IMG/VR virus record: IMGVR_UViG_3300022198_002714
Span: 25,753-89,752 of that record
Reading direction: 5' to 3' (one strand)
DNA length: 64,000 nucleotides
DNA from: a virus
Part shown: positions 9,676 through 19,968 of the stretch, in pieces
Position numbering within the stretch: position 1 is the stretch's first letter
How the letters are laid out: every line of letters starts with the position of its first letter
Notes under the pieces: model-generated
What the model saw: the letters and a program-made list of their open reading frames with translations, nothing else
The model's database searches: none
Told to the model about the DNA's origin: nothing
Position numbers and translations under genes: made by a program

Positions 9676-10122
9676 TCACAGTACGAGGAAGGTCACGGTA
9701 CCGGCGTTGCCGACTGCGACAGTCAACTCAAGGTCACCCGTGAGGGTCACGGAAGAGCCACCGGTTTCGCCCGTAAGAGCAACAATCTTGGTGACGGGGG
9801 TACCATCATCCGTGTCATCACCGCTGCCTGAAGCACCGGAAGACAAGGTGATGGTCACCGCCGCCGTCGTGACTGCACCGAGGTTCAGCGAAATCATTCG
9901 CAGCGAACCCGCAGCGTTACCGTCCGTGTTGCTCGCGGTAAAAGCCGCGAGGCCCGCCGCGCCACCGGGGTACGTACCCCCGGAGTTACCGCTGAGCCAA
10001 CCCGTCTCACCGAGCAGCGTGCCGGTGCGCATGTCGAGGTCGAGGGCGACCGACAACGATGCAAGGTTTGCATCAGTTGCAACCGTGTACTTGATTCCTT
10101 TGTTGTAGTATGGTCCTGCCAT
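9676..10122 (-). CDS. Putative capsid decoration protein
   Basis: Directly after the MCP; Gly/Ala/Thr-rich; shares an identical 20-nt initiation region with the MCP. Confidence 0.55.
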   Translation of the reverse strand: MAGPYYNKGIKYTVATDANLASLSVALDLDMRTGTLLGETGWLSGNSGGTYPGGAAGLAAFTASNTDGNAAGSLRMISLNLGAVTTAAVTITLSSGASGSGDDTDDGTPVTKIVALTGETGGSSVTLTGDLELTVAVGNAGTVTFLVL

Positions 10123-10161
10123 TTCATTCACTCCTTGTTTTCAGTTTGTCTCCAATGGACC

Positions 10162-11328
10162 TCACTTCAGGTCACGGATGGAAGCGTGACCACCAAAGAA
10201 AGTGGTCCACAACTCACCCATGGTGCGGTACATGCCTTCCTGACCCAGCCTGTTGATGGCGAAGGGGTCGCCCGTCTCGATGCCGGACTCGAAGTACTGA
10301 GTCGGGATGGCGGTGGAGAAGTACAGGTAGTCCGTGTCGAGGAAGTACATGCGGGACAGGGTGTCCTTTGCAACGTCCTTGGAGGGGATGATGGGAATAC
10401 CGTTGTAGGTCGCCACGATGAAACCGGCCTCGATACCGGGCACACCCTTCACACCGTTGTAGGTGGGGGTGACACGCTTTTCCTCAAGGAACCGCTGCTG
10501 CGACTGCAAGAGTTGCTGCAAGCGCATGAGGGTGTCGTAGCCCGTCAGGATGACCTTGGGGTTGCCACCGCGCTCCCACGTCAGGCGGAAGATTTCATCG
10601 AGGTGGTCGAGGGACAGAACACGGTCCGTACCCTTGGTACCGGAGGTGCTGACTTCGGCGTGGGACCAAGCGTTTGCGTCACGGTTAATCGAGTACATGT
10701 CTTCGTCACCGGCTTCTCCGTAGTCACCGGCTGCCCCACCAAAGTCCATGGTGTTCGCCACGTTACCGGATGCCGTGATAGCACCCGCCGTCACACGGTC
10801 GAGCGACTCAAAGTCGTTCCCGGCAACGGTCGTCACGTCCTCGGTGAGCATCTTGTTGATGTGTTCTGCGTGGTGCTTGCCCATCTCTTCCTTCAGCACG
10901 GCGCGAATGTCACCGAGGCCGTCGTCCTTGTCAGCAAGGAACATCGCCGTCTCCGACATGTCGAAGGTGTGCGCGATGGTCTTGGGCTTCGCAGCAATGT
11001 GTTGGAAGGTCGGCTTGGTGGTGTCGGGGAGAGTCGAGTTCTCCGCGAGGCCACCGCCCTTGGCGAAGGAGGGACGCTCCGTGATGACGCGCCACCCGCT
11101 GCGCTCCCAAGGCCGCTTGGGGAGGATGGAGAAGGCGTTGAACTCTTGGTTGAGTTGGCTCCACACCTTGCGGCCATAGATGGCCTGATAGATACCCGCC
11201 GTGGTGGAGAGCATCGGTGCGTCAGCCTTCAAGAGTTCGCTGCCGGAGTAAGAGTACCCCATGGCGTTTCCTGCGCCATAGAAGTACCGCTCCATGTCGG
11301 TAATTGTCCTGATGTAGTCACGTGCCAT
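10162..11328 (-). CDS. Major capsid protein (HK97 fold)
   Basis: ~388 aa after the protease; GGLAENSTLPDT, KPKTIAHTFDMS, ATYNGIPII, YRTMGELW segments fit HK97-type archaeal virus MCPs; likely start MARDY at 11328. Confidence 0.9.
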   Translation of the reverse strand: MARDYIRTITDMERYFYGAGNAMGYSYSGSELLKADAPMLSTTAGIYQAIYGRKVWSQLNQEFNAFSILPKRPWERSGWRVITERPSFAKGGGLAENSTLPDTTKPTFQHIAAKPKTIAHTFDMSETAMFLADKDDGLGDIRAVLKEEMGKHHAEHINKMLTEDVTTVAGNDFESLDRVTAGAITASGNVANTMDFGGAAGDYGEAGDEDMYSINRDANAWSHAEVSTSGTKGTDRVLSLDHLDEIFRLTWERGGNPKVILTGYDTLMRLQQLLQSQQRFLEEKRVTPTYNGVKGVPGIEAGFIVATYNGIPIIPSKDVAKDTLSRMYFLDTDYLYFSTAIPTQYFESGIETGDPFAINRLGQEGMYRTMGELWTTFFGGHASIRDLK

Positions 11329-11354
11329 TTCATTCACTCCTTTGTTTGATTCCT

Positions 11355-12728
11355 TCACTCACCCCGGACCGCTCGGCCCGCGAGGGTGTGAACTTCGTCC
11401 CACGACATGTTCGCAAGGTCGCCCGTGGTGGGGACCTCGACCTTCGTGGAGGACTTTGCAATGGTGGTGCCAACCGCAACGCTGCCGGTGGACAGGTTGT
11501 CGAGGCGGTCACTCAGCGACTCAATGGACTTGAGAACCTGAGCGAGAGGGGCACGCGGGTCAAAGTTGTCGCGCTCGACCTGAGCCTTGGCAATCTGCAT
11601 CTCCTGAGAGAAGCGGGAAGAGAACTGCTGCTCAAGGTTGCCACGGAAGGCCTGCTCAAGAGCAGCGGCCTTGTACACTTCGTAGGCAGCCTCAATGTCG
11701 GAGTCGGAAGCCGAGGTGACGTAGGACTTGCCGAGTTGGACAGGTCCAAGGGCACCGGAGGGTTCTCGACCGCCGCCGGAGGTGAGGGCGGAGATGGCAC
11801 CCGTGGAGGGGCTACCCTTCTCCTGACCGCGACCGCGAACCTGACCGGCAAAGTAGTCGGCACCGTCCACGGAGTCGGGGTTGTCAAAACCGCCCATCTG
11901 AGCCTTCGACATTTGGTCGAAGTGCAGTCGGGCCGCGTGGGTGTCAACACCCGCGCTCTTCAGCGTGTCTTCCATCCATGAGAGGTATTCAGCGGTGATA
12001 ACGTCGCTGTATTCTCCCTTTTCCATATCTTCAGGCATGTCTTCGTCCTCCTTGTTGTCTTTTTGGGACTCTTTTTCTTCGGAGTCCTTGGACTCCTTCT
12101 TTCCTTCCTTCATGCTCTCACGGAGAGCAGGAGGAAGTTCGCCCTTTTCCATCGCATCGAGGCGGGCTTCAAGTCGGCTCATAATGTCGGTCAAATCGTT
12201 GTCTGCACTCATAGTGGTGTCCTCCTTTAAGATGCTGAACTGCGCTTCAGGGTTAATCCCCTTCTCGCAAATCGTAATCTCATGGAGTTCCATTTTGGAG
12301 ATTTCCTGATAATCTCCGTGGATTGAGTCAGACTTGCGAACACGCTTGAACGCCTGACCCCCAATAGAGAAGCCACGCAAGTTGCCCTTGCGGATTTCCG
12401 CAGCAACCTCACGGGCCTTCTCAATGTCGTTGCGGAGTTGCACAACGACGAACATGCCGGTGTCGTCACACTCAGACTTCCACATGCGACCGTTGGAGTC
12501 CACGTAGGAGTCAATGACTTCACCGACTTGAATGTTGGAGTGAGCGAGTTGCACGTTGCGGTACTTGTCGCTCTTCATAAAACCATCAAAGGCATCCTTG
12601 AGGGCACTCCGCGTAATGAGGTCGCCCTGCTTATCCACCAATTCGACGGAAGCATAGCCCGCAACCACAAGGTCAGACCCGCTCTTCAGGAGCGAGAGTC
12701 CGACTTCAGGTCGCTGAACCGTAAGCAT
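11355..12728 (-). CDS. Prohead (capsid maturation) protease fused to scaffold
   Basis: VVAGYASVELVDKQGD, LAHSNIQVG, LRGFSIGG, LHEITICEKGINPEA match HK97/XkdF-type prohead proteases; acidic helical C-terminal scaffold. Confidence 0.9.
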   Translation of the reverse strand: MLTVQRPEVGLSLLKSGSDLVVAGYASVELVDKQGDLITRSALKDAFDGFMKSDKYRNVQLAHSNIQVGEVIDSYVDSNGRMWKSECDDTGMFVVVQLRNDIEKAREVAAEIRKGNLRGFSIGGQAFKRVRKSDSIHGDYQEISKMELHEITICEKGINPEAQFSILKEDTTMSADNDLTDIMSRLEARLDAMEKGELPPALRESMKEGKKESKDSEEKESQKDNKEDEDMPEDMEKGEYSDVITAEYLSWMEDTLKSAGVDTHAARLHFDQMSKAQMGGFDNPDSVDGADYFAGQVRGRGQEKGSPSTGAISALTSGGGREPSGALGPVQLGKSYVTSASDSDIEAAYEVYKAAALEQAFRGNLEQQFSSRFSQEMQIAKAQVERDNFDPRAPLAQVLKSIESLSDRLDNLSTGSVAVGTTIAKSSTKVEVPTTGDLANMSWDEVHTLAGRAVRGE

Positions 12729-12766
12729 TGTCTCCCCAATCCCTTGTTATAGTACATAAAGTGCTA

Positions 12767-15700
12767 CTATGCGGGCGATATCTTCGCTTGGTCGTTTTCA
12801 TAGTCTAAAACGATAGGCTGCTCGCCATCCACAGGAATAACGACATGTTCCGTACGCTTCTTCTCATCAGTCTTCCGACCTACACCCTTTGGGTCGTAAT
12901 CGGGAAGGTTTTGCTCGTCCGTAACCTTGGTAGGACCCTGTGGTGACTCAATAGGAGTAGCAAGGTCAATGCCCAATCCCTTTGGTCCCGTCCACGTCAT
13001 GCGCTCTTTTGCCAACACATCAAGGGTTCGGGCAATCACGTCCAACGCTTTTTTCGTTCGTGGCTTGAGTAGCCGCTCTTCGTCGTCCTCTTCCAACAGA
13101 CCTGCTGATTCTTCTTCCTGTTGTTCAAGATTCGGAACTTTTCCCTCCATCTTGACCAAGATGTTCTCCATCATGAGCGGCACAAAGGGCGACCAATACG
13201 ATGCAATGGATTCAGCAAGTTGAACAGGATAGTCGCTCTTGTACAAGTCACCAAGGGTGGACTTGGGCGAGTGAACGTACCACGCATGATTGAACTTCTC
13301 CACTTGGTAGGTCACACTATCCATGTCGTTGAACAAGAGATTGATGCCTCCTTCCGTTAGTTCAATGTCAAAAGGCACGAAGGTTGTTCCATACGACTTG
13401 GTAAGCAAATCAAGTGATTCTGCACTTGCGGCACCTTCACCTTCACCGTCACCCTCAATTTGTCGCACGTGAATGTCGTACACATTGCGCCCGCCTCGCA
13501 CCTTCTTGGTCACACCTGAGATAGAAACACGAACAATGTCACCGACTTTGAATGCCTTCTGTTGGTTGCGAGCCGTACCTACGTCCATGTAGTCGCTGCC
13601 CTTGTACTCCACCGCACGGTTTCCAAGCACCGACCCGTCGAGGATTGGCCCTGCGCCAAGTTGGTAGGTGTAGGGACCGGTACCCCTGCGGTCAAGGATG
13701 ATGAAGTTGTAGTCACGGCTTGGGCGAAGCAGTACCCACTTGGGGTGACGACGTTCGCCACGCATGTAGGTGGACTTGCTATCGCGCAGCAAGATGTTCT
13801 CATGCTCACCTTGCAGCCCGTTGACCGCTTCCTCAAGACCTTCTTCGTCGGTCATCTTGGTGTCGTGTGGGCCGGGAATGATGACGCATTCACGGCTATC
13901 GAATTGGCTGCGCAACACCTTCAATCGCTCATGCATCTGCATGTCGGACACGTTGTTGTTGTCGTAGTTCACAATGTCAACGATGTTGAGTTCTTCGTCA
14001 CCCAAGATGCCATCAAGGGTGTAGTTGCGGTCGTTCAACTGTTCTAAGGCCTCACGAAACTTTTTCTTCACGTTGACTTTGCGGTTGTTTTCATCAAGCA
14101 CCGTAATCTCGTCACCGTTCTTGATGATGATGACACGCTTCCCATCGTACCACTTGGACACGGCCCAAGAGTTGCTGAAGCCGCGAAGGTGTTGCAGGTC
14201 AGTCAACTCAAAGATGCGATGCATAGGACGGATGGGAGCAATCCATTCAGGCTCATCTGATTTTGCAATCAAATCATTTCCTTCAAGCAAGTTGTTGATG
14301 AAAGCCGTAGTTTCAGATGCATTGATGATGTACGGGTCATTGCTTACTACGTCCAAACCATCTTCAGTAAGACGGGAGAAGGGGAACGAAGTGTCCATTG
14401 GCGGAGGCAAGTTTGGTTGTACACTCCTTACCCACTCTTTGCCCATCACTTCTTCTTGATTGTTCGTAGGAACAGGAATGGGAAGGAAGGGAACAGGATT
14501 GTTGCCGTACACAGGTGTACCGTCTTCCATAAAGTCAAATCCACCTGAAGAGGTGACGGGCGAACCTGAAAAATGCACATTCATACCTGTGTTAAACGTA
14601 GGCATAATTGGGTATTGAGTGGGATGAGAGCCGCCAACAGGCATACCCGCATGCCACCCACGGGTTGTTGAGGTGTTGCTCATTGTTTCCTCTCGGGGCG
14701 GAGATTGGTCTTGCATTGGGTCATAGACAATCAGGGTATCAGCCTTGTTTCGGGTGTTGATGTTCTGCCACGTGAACGTGTTTTTGCTTCCTTCCGCTTT
14801 TCCATGCGGGTCGCCTTGATGAAGTTGCAAACCCAACAATTCCAATGAATCGCTGAACTGATTTGGTCGCATACGTTGTACAATAGCACCTGCGGCACGA
14901 TGAATCCCGTGGGCTTTCCACGCACTAAGATTTGACTTACCCTGATATTTTGCCTGTTGAAGTTTTTCAACACCCTTAGAATATCCATGCGTGTGAATTG
15001 TATGGTTGATTTCATCTTCTCCATCAAGGTCGTGAATGTTCTGTTGCATGAACTCTTCATCCCTTGGATGAAGGAATGATGTATCGTAGTTGCCAATGTT
15101 CTGTACAACACCACTTGTCAGCAAATTGCCTACGTTGTTCACATGCAACGGATAGCCACGGTTTTGTGCTTCTTGAATCAAAGAAGCGGCGTATTCCTTT
15201 GTGTAGGGTGTAATTTCAATTCCAAGATGCCCAAGCACATCTTCGGGATTTTCATTCCCGTGTACTTCAAGTCCACTTTCTGTGAGGTAATCACGAATGT
15301 CATGTAGCACATCGCTATCCTTGCTCTTCATGTCTTTGACTTCAGTACGGAAACCGTAGGCCTGACGGGTAAGACCTGTTACTTGAGCAGGATGAGAAAG
15401 AATCCATCGTTCAGCATCGTGAAAAAGTCGGAGCATGTTAGCATGAGCCTTTGCAGGGTCCGCAGCATCAAACGCACTTGGGTCTTGTTCTTCCCATAGT
15501 GGCTTCAGCACGTTAGCAGCAACGAATGTCACCAATTTGCGAGACTCGTCCATCTCTTTCATTGCGTGGTCTTCGTGGGCTTTCCACCAATCGCTATTCA
15601 CTTCTCCAAGCGCACCCTTCTGCGCTTCAAGTTGCAGTTCAACCAATCGTTCTTTGACTTCTTGGTAGCGTTGACGAATACTTTCAACGTCCAAGTTTGG

Positions 15701-18643
15701 GTCGCTTTCAATTTGTTCAAGAATGCCCATCATTTCATTTTGCAAGTCTTGTTCTTCTTGCATAGCGGGCAACGCGCCACCCACCTTCATCATGTGAGCA
15801 ATACCGCGACGTGGCGCGTCTTCTTTGATTCCTTGAGCCGTTCCCTTCTTGTTTTTCGCCGCCACCTTGGAATAGTAGGGCACGTCGTTCAAAGCATGAT
15901 TTACCTGATTGATTACCTCTTGTTGACTGTATTCCCTTTGGTATCGTTCGTTGAGGTAATTCATCAGTTGAGTGAAGTCACCGTCATCTCCTTCACGCAA
16001 ATATCGTTCAACATCAGCGGGGTTTGTTGTGTTCAACATTTGTGCAATGTCACGCACAGTACTCAACCCCTGTCGGTCAGCCTTCACATCAAGGAACATG
16101 TCTTTCATGCTCTCAAATGTAGGCTTCTTGGCCGAGCCTTCCCATCCCATCATGGACAGGAAGTCGTTGAGTGTTTCACCTGCGGGGAAGGGAACCAATC
16201 CTCGCATAACATCTGTATATGACGAAACGGACTTGGCTCGCGGCTGAGTGTGGTGGGCATCGAGTCCAAGGTACATGGCGTGTCGCAGGGCGTCAATCAC
16301 CATGCTTATTCCACTACCCGAAGCAGCGTAGTTTTCCTTTCCCCCTGTCTTAGAAAATTGATTGTGAGAAAGAGTTGATGACATGTGTTCAAGGTTCATC
16401 CCTTGAGTCTGAACCTTGTCTTTCATTGCATCTGCTTCTTTTTTGGTAATACGACCTTGAAAGTATTCATATTCCGGTGAAAAGGAGTGAGCAAACAACG
16501 TGTAGTTGTGCTTGAAGTTACCATCGTCATGTCCTTGTGTGTGCAGACGGGTTACATTTGCAGGAGAAAGCATATTGCGAATTGGAAATGATTTGGGTAA
16601 GTACTGAAAGTTTCTTTTTGTCTCGTCATACACCCCTTCGGTGACCGTCTGTGGTGTCATAAAATGATACATCAAGAAGCCGTTTCCCGTCGCTTCTGTT
16701 GAGTCTTGACCGTTTAACGCCACACCCTTGAACATGTGTGAATTACCTTCTTCGTCTGAGTGCGGTGAGTGAATTATGTCGTGGTAGGTGTTGAGTGACA
16801 TGTTTTGTCCACCGTAAGGAGCAAACGGCATGTCCCAAAATCTTCCCGGCCCATAGGTGTATGCACCATCGTCACTTATCTGCCATATGTCAGGTAGGTT
16901 GTCTTCACTTGGATGAGGCCCAACTGCTGCTTTCAAATAAGCCATATCGTTGTTAATGTCCTTGGCCGAGCGTTCAAGCGATTCCAAACCTTGAGCCTCT
17001 TCAGCCATTTCTTCCAAAACTGACAAATTGATAGTTGGCTCATTGGGATTTTGTACACCGTACATGGGGTGGTTTGCCATCACAGTACGAGTACGAGGGT
17101 CATAACCTGCAAGAAAAAGAAGATTGTCAAAGTCAAATCGGGTACGAAGCAATTCCTCTTGCTTACCTTTTTTGAAATGACTGCGAGATGCTTCCTTGAT
17201 ATCATCCCAAGTCATTGTTGAATCAAGCACTTCAGGATTATTTTTGAAGTCAAACTTAGGCAAGAGGCTTAGTTCCCACTTGCTCTTTTTCTTTGCCGCT
17301 GTTGCTTTTGATGAAGTTTCGTCAATTTCATTGAGAATCTCGTCAACGCCGTGTGCCTCGTACAACATACTCAAAACTTTGTCGTGAAACGACATTGGTA
17401 TAGGCGTACCGTCTTCGGTGAAACTTTCAGACAAACTTTCCAATGGCACTCGCGTAGCATTACCAAGTCCGTGTTGCAAAAACTTTCCTTCGTCTCCTTG
17501 GCCGTAGTCCCTATCGTTGTCTTCAAGCATCAGATAGTTGCCTCTTCCACTATGACGCGGCTTTCGCGTGGCCCAATCCATTTCAGGTGTCATACGCAAA
17601 ACGGCATTCCAAGCAATGCGAGAAGTAGGAAACAAAGTTCCATCGGGCAATTGAATAGCATAATGATTTTTTGACCCGTTGATACCTCCGGGTTGGTTTA
17701 GGGCTTCCATTACCACATGTCGTTCTTCAGGCGTAAGCCATTCAAGACCGTACATGTAATCGGTGTGACCCAATTTTGTTGGGTGTTCTTGGTCAACGTC
17801 TTCTTCTAACCAACCTCGCTTTCGGTCATCAAAGTGCTGATGACGCAATGCTTCTTCGACACTTGAATATCCCCTGTCAGCCATTTCAGCCTGATGGGTT
17901 ATCCAATACTGCTCAGCATCGAAGTTGTTTGCCAACCAACGTGTAAAATCACGCTCATAGAGGTCAACAGCGTGTTGAGCATTTGGAGACGTGCCGTGAG
18001 TGAGGTCACCAAGCAATTTGAATTGTTTAGCATATCCGTCATTTTTTTCACGCTTATACGGTATGAAATCGTTCAATAGTGGACTGTTCTTTTCTCTCAA
18101 GTGATTGAGAAACGCTATCTCCATGTCCTTTTCTTTCTGAGCATGTCCTCCTAAGTAAAATCGGCGCAGTACATTCACAAAAGTAGGTTCACCTGTACCC
18201 GGACTAACACGCAGCAAAGGATGGTTAAACTCATGAAAAGGGAAGTTGAAGTGTTGGTATGCATGGCGGGCTGACGGAGGGTGGTACGTAGGCCAATGAG
18301 CGCGACCATGAGCCGGATTTTCAGCGGCCATCAAACCATCAAGCCATGCGTGACGACTCAACGGTGCGCTCGCATCAAAGGCTACCAAGGGTACTTTGCC
18401 CGGATAAATGTACTTGTCCCACGATAACTCAGGGTCTTCAGATGCAACCGTGATATCTTCTTCTTCCTTCAAAATGTATTCCGCAGCACTCTTGAGTAAA
18501 GTGTGAGTAGCGTCACCGTTGGGTGAATTGTCCAATGATTCCCACGCAATGATGTATTCAGCGGCAGAATCACGCAGGTCCTTACCATCACTCAACGACT
18601 TGAGCAGGTTGAGTGTTGCGTAATCGAACTGCTCAAAGGACAC
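12767..18643 (-). CDS. Giant 1958-aa head-module protein with C-terminal degenerate ATP-dependent DNA ligase-like (NTase + OB) region
   Basis: SKWYDGKR, TLDGIL, IVDIV, ENILLRDSKSTY, RHPKWVLLR occur in ligase motif order and spacing; N-terminal ~1450 aa unrecognised. Confidence 0.7.
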   Translation of the reverse strand: MSFEQFDYATLNLLKSLSDGKDLRDSAAEYIIAWESLDNSPNGDATHTLLKSAAEYILKEEEDITVASEDPELSWDKYIYPGKVPLVAFDASAPLSRHAWLDGLMAAENPAHGRAHWPTYHPPSARHAYQHFNFPFHEFNHPLLRVSPGTGEPTFVNVLRRFYLGGHAQKEKDMEIAFLNHLREKNSPLLNDFIPYKREKNDGYAKQFKLLGDLTHGTSPNAQHAVDLYERDFTRWLANNFDAEQYWITHQAEMADRGYSSVEEALRHQHFDDRKRGWLEEDVDQEHPTKLGHTDYMYGLEWLTPEERHVVMEALNQPGGINGSKNHYAIQLPDGTLFPTSRIAWNAVLRMTPEMDWATRKPRHSGRGNYLMLEDNDRDYGQGDEGKFLQHGLGNATRVPLESLSESFTEDGTPIPMSFHDKVLSMLYEAHGVDEILNEIDETSSKATAAKKKSKWELSLLPKFDFKNNPEVLDSTMTWDDIKEASRSHFKKGKQEELLRTRFDFDNLLFLAGYDPRTRTVMANHPMYGVQNPNEPTINLSVLEEMAEEAQGLESLERSAKDINNDMAYLKAAVGPHPSEDNLPDIWQISDDGAYTYGPGRFWDMPFAPYGGQNMSLNTYHDIIHSPHSDEEGNSHMFKGVALNGQDSTEATGNGFLMYHFMTPQTVTEGVYDETKRNFQYLPKSFPIRNMLSPANVTRLHTQGHDDGNFKHNYTLFAHSFSPEYEYFQGRITKKEADAMKDKVQTQGMNLEHMSSTLSHNQFSKTGGKENYAASGSGISMVIDALRHAMYLGLDAHHTQPRAKSVSSYTDVMRGLVPFPAGETLNDFLSMMGWEGSAKKPTFESMKDMFLDVKADRQGLSTVRDIAQMLNTTNPADVERYLREGDDGDFTQLMNYLNERYQREYSQQEVINQVNHALNDVPYYSKVAAKNKKGTAQGIKEDAPRRGIAHMMKVGGALPAMQEEQDLQNEMMGILEQIESDPNLDVESIRQRYQEVKERLVELQLEAQKGALGEVNSDWWKAHEDHAMKEMDESRKLVTFVAANVLKPLWEEQDPSAFDAADPAKAHANMLRLFHDAERWILSHPAQVTGLTRQAYGFRTEVKDMKSKDSDVLHDIRDYLTESGLEVHGNENPEDVLGHLGIEITPYTKEYAASLIQEAQNRGYPLHVNNVGNLLTSGVVQNIGNYDTSFLHPRDEEFMQQNIHDLDGEDEINHTIHTHGYSKGVEKLQQAKYQGKSNLSAWKAHGIHRAAGAIVQRMRPNQFSDSLELLGLQLHQGDPHGKAEGSKNTFTWQNINTRNKADTLIVYDPMQDQSPPREETMSNTSTTRGWHAGMPVGGSHPTQYPIMPTFNTGMNVHFSGSPVTSSGGFDFMEDGTPVYGNNPVPFLPIPVPTNNQEEVMGKEWVRSVQPNLPPPMDTSFPFSRLTEDGLDVVSNDPYIINASETTAFINNLLEGNDLIAKSDEPEWIAPIRPMHRIFELTDLQHLRGFSNSWAVSKWYDGKRVIIIKNGDEITVLDENNRKVNVKKKFREALEQLNDRNYTLDGILGDEELNIVDIVNYDNNNVSDMQMHERLKVLRSQFDSRECVIIPGPHDTKMTDEEGLEEAVNGLQGEHENILLRDSKSTYMRGERRHPKWVLLRPSRDYNFIILDRRGTGPYTYQLGAGPILDGSVLGNRAVEYKGSDYMDVGTARNQQKAFKVGDIVRVSISGVTKKVRGGRNVYDIHVRQIEGDGEGEGAASAESLDLLTKSYGTTFVPFDIELTEGGINLLFNDMDSVTYQVEKFNHAWYVHSPKSTLGDLYKSDYPVQLAESIASYWSPFVPLMMENILVKMEGKVPNLEQQEEESAGLLEEDDEERLLKPRTKKALDVIARTLDVLAKERMTWTGPKGLGIDLATPIESPQGPTKVTDEQNLPDYDPKGVGRKTDEKKRTEHVVIPVDGEQPIVLDYENDQAKISPA

Positions 18644-18655
18644 AAGACCACCCCC

Positions 18656-19228
18656 TCAACGGAGTGGCCTAAACTGCGGGCAAGCGAAAATGTCCATATC
18701 GGGATGAACACCACAACCGGATTGTGTAGTACCTCCACATTTGGCACAGACAACCGGCGCACCGCTTTCAGCAGCAGCACGCAATTCAGGAGCCTTCTTC
18801 ATTGAGCCACCTTCAGCATCTTCGCGGTCCGCACCGGTTCCCTCATGCGGATTCAACCGACTTCCAAGGGATTCAAGACTGACCTTGCTGCTATCCTTAG
18901 CACGCTTAGGCTTGTGGTCTTCCGTCTGAATGGGACGGTCACGGGTGGAGTAGTACGCGGTACGAGTCTGTCCGCCCGTCTCGGTCAGAAAGTGAGGGTT
19001 CACCTCGGTAATCTTCTCATTCGTTTGTTCGTCGGCCTTCTTCATAGGGCCACCGCAACCGGCCTTTAGGCATCCCATCTTTGCCATCTTACCGCCACAC
19101 TTCGGGCAAGACTTGCACTCACAGGGTTCCTTACCACAGTCACACTTAGCCTTCTCCAAGGCATCAATGCGAGCAGCCATGTTGCGGGCCTTTGTCAGTA
19201 TTTCAGATTCAACGGGTCGTGGCTTCAT
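18656..19228 (-). CDS. Cys-rich head-module protein
   Basis: KCDCGKEPCECKSCPKCGG and CAKCGG...C; several xxK-A sites. Confidence 0.65.
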   Translation of the reverse strand: MKPRPVESEILTKARNMAARIDALEKAKCDCGKEPCECKSCPKCGGKMAKMGCLKAGCGGPMKKADEQTNEKITEVNPHFLTETGGQTRTAYYSTRDRPIQTEDHKPKRAKDSSKVSLESLGSRLNPHEGTGADREDAEGGSMKKAPELRAAAESGAPVVCAKCGGTTQSGCGVHPDMDIFACPQFRPLR

Positions 19229-19563
19229 TCAAGTACCCCCTTTGCTTGTTGTGCCATTTCGTGAATATCTTCCCATGACATGTTGTGAAACTCTTCGTTT
19301 GTCTGCGGAATGGACGAAACCGGACCGCCTTTGAGAATGGAATTGCCCTCAATATCCATACGGAGGGGGTCAGGCATCAAGTCGTCGGTGAACGGCGTGG
19401 ACACCGGGACAAATCCGGCCTTACGAAACAGACCGGCAGGGGATGAAATCAGGCTCTTGAGTCGCTCATTCTCAGCCTTCAGGAGTGCAAGGTCGTTGTC
19501 CATGCTCTCCATCTTGGTGACAAGGACGGTCATCAGTTGCTCAGCCGATGATGCGTCTCCCAT
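19225..19563 (-). CDS. Small coiled-coil head protein; C-terminus resembles that of the scaffold
   Basis: IPQTNEEFHNMSWEDIHEMA parallels VPTTGDLANMSWDEVHTLA at the end of the protease/scaffold. Confidence 0.65.
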   Translation of the reverse strand: MGDASSAEQLMTVLVTKMESMDNDLALLKAENERLKSLISSPAGLFRKAGFVPVSTPFTDDLMPDPLRMDIEGNSILKGGPVSSIPQTNEEFHNMSWEDIHEMAQQAKGVLE

Positions 19564-19568
19564 TGGAT

Positions 19569-19925
19569 TCAACCCCAACGACCAAAGGTACCCTGAGCGG
19601 GCGAAAGGCGGGAACCACGGTGCCCGCTTGAAATGATACCGGGTAGGCGGGTACCCTCAAGGGTCACCGTCTCCGGCTCGACAACGAACTTGCGCACAGG
19701 TACACCGCCTGCAAACAAGTCGTTTGGTCCCTGAGCGTTTTGCAGAACGTCTTGGGACTTGGCAATCTCGGTGTTGAGGTCTTCAAGGAGGAAGTCGCTC
19801 AACTTGTTGACTTCGGACAAATGCTCCTTAGCAAGACTTCCATCACCGCTCTCAAGAGCGGTAAGGAAAGCCTTCTGAGCCTGTTCCATTTTTCGGGCCA
19901 TTGGGTGCATCTTCAAGAGGTCCAT
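19569..19925 (-). CDS. Hypothetical head-module protein
   Basis: 118 aa; TATA-like CTTGATAA upstream. Confidence 0.6.
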   Translation of the reverse strand: MDLLKMHPMARKMEQAQKAFLTALESGDGSLAKEHLSEVNKLSDFLLEDLNTEIAKSQDVLQNAQGPNDLFAGGVPVRKFVVEPETVTLEGTRLPGIISSGHRGSRLSPAQGTFGRWG

Positions 19926-19968
19926 GAGATTCCCTCGCTTTATGCAGTCGTGGGGCGGTTATCAAGGT

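Noticed and set aside
10135-11349. 404-aa plus-strand ORF and other long antisense ORFs (e.g. 5587-6726, 3249-3995, 41411-42205)
   Set aside because: Shadows of codon-biased genes on the opposite strand; no RBS or recognisable motifs.
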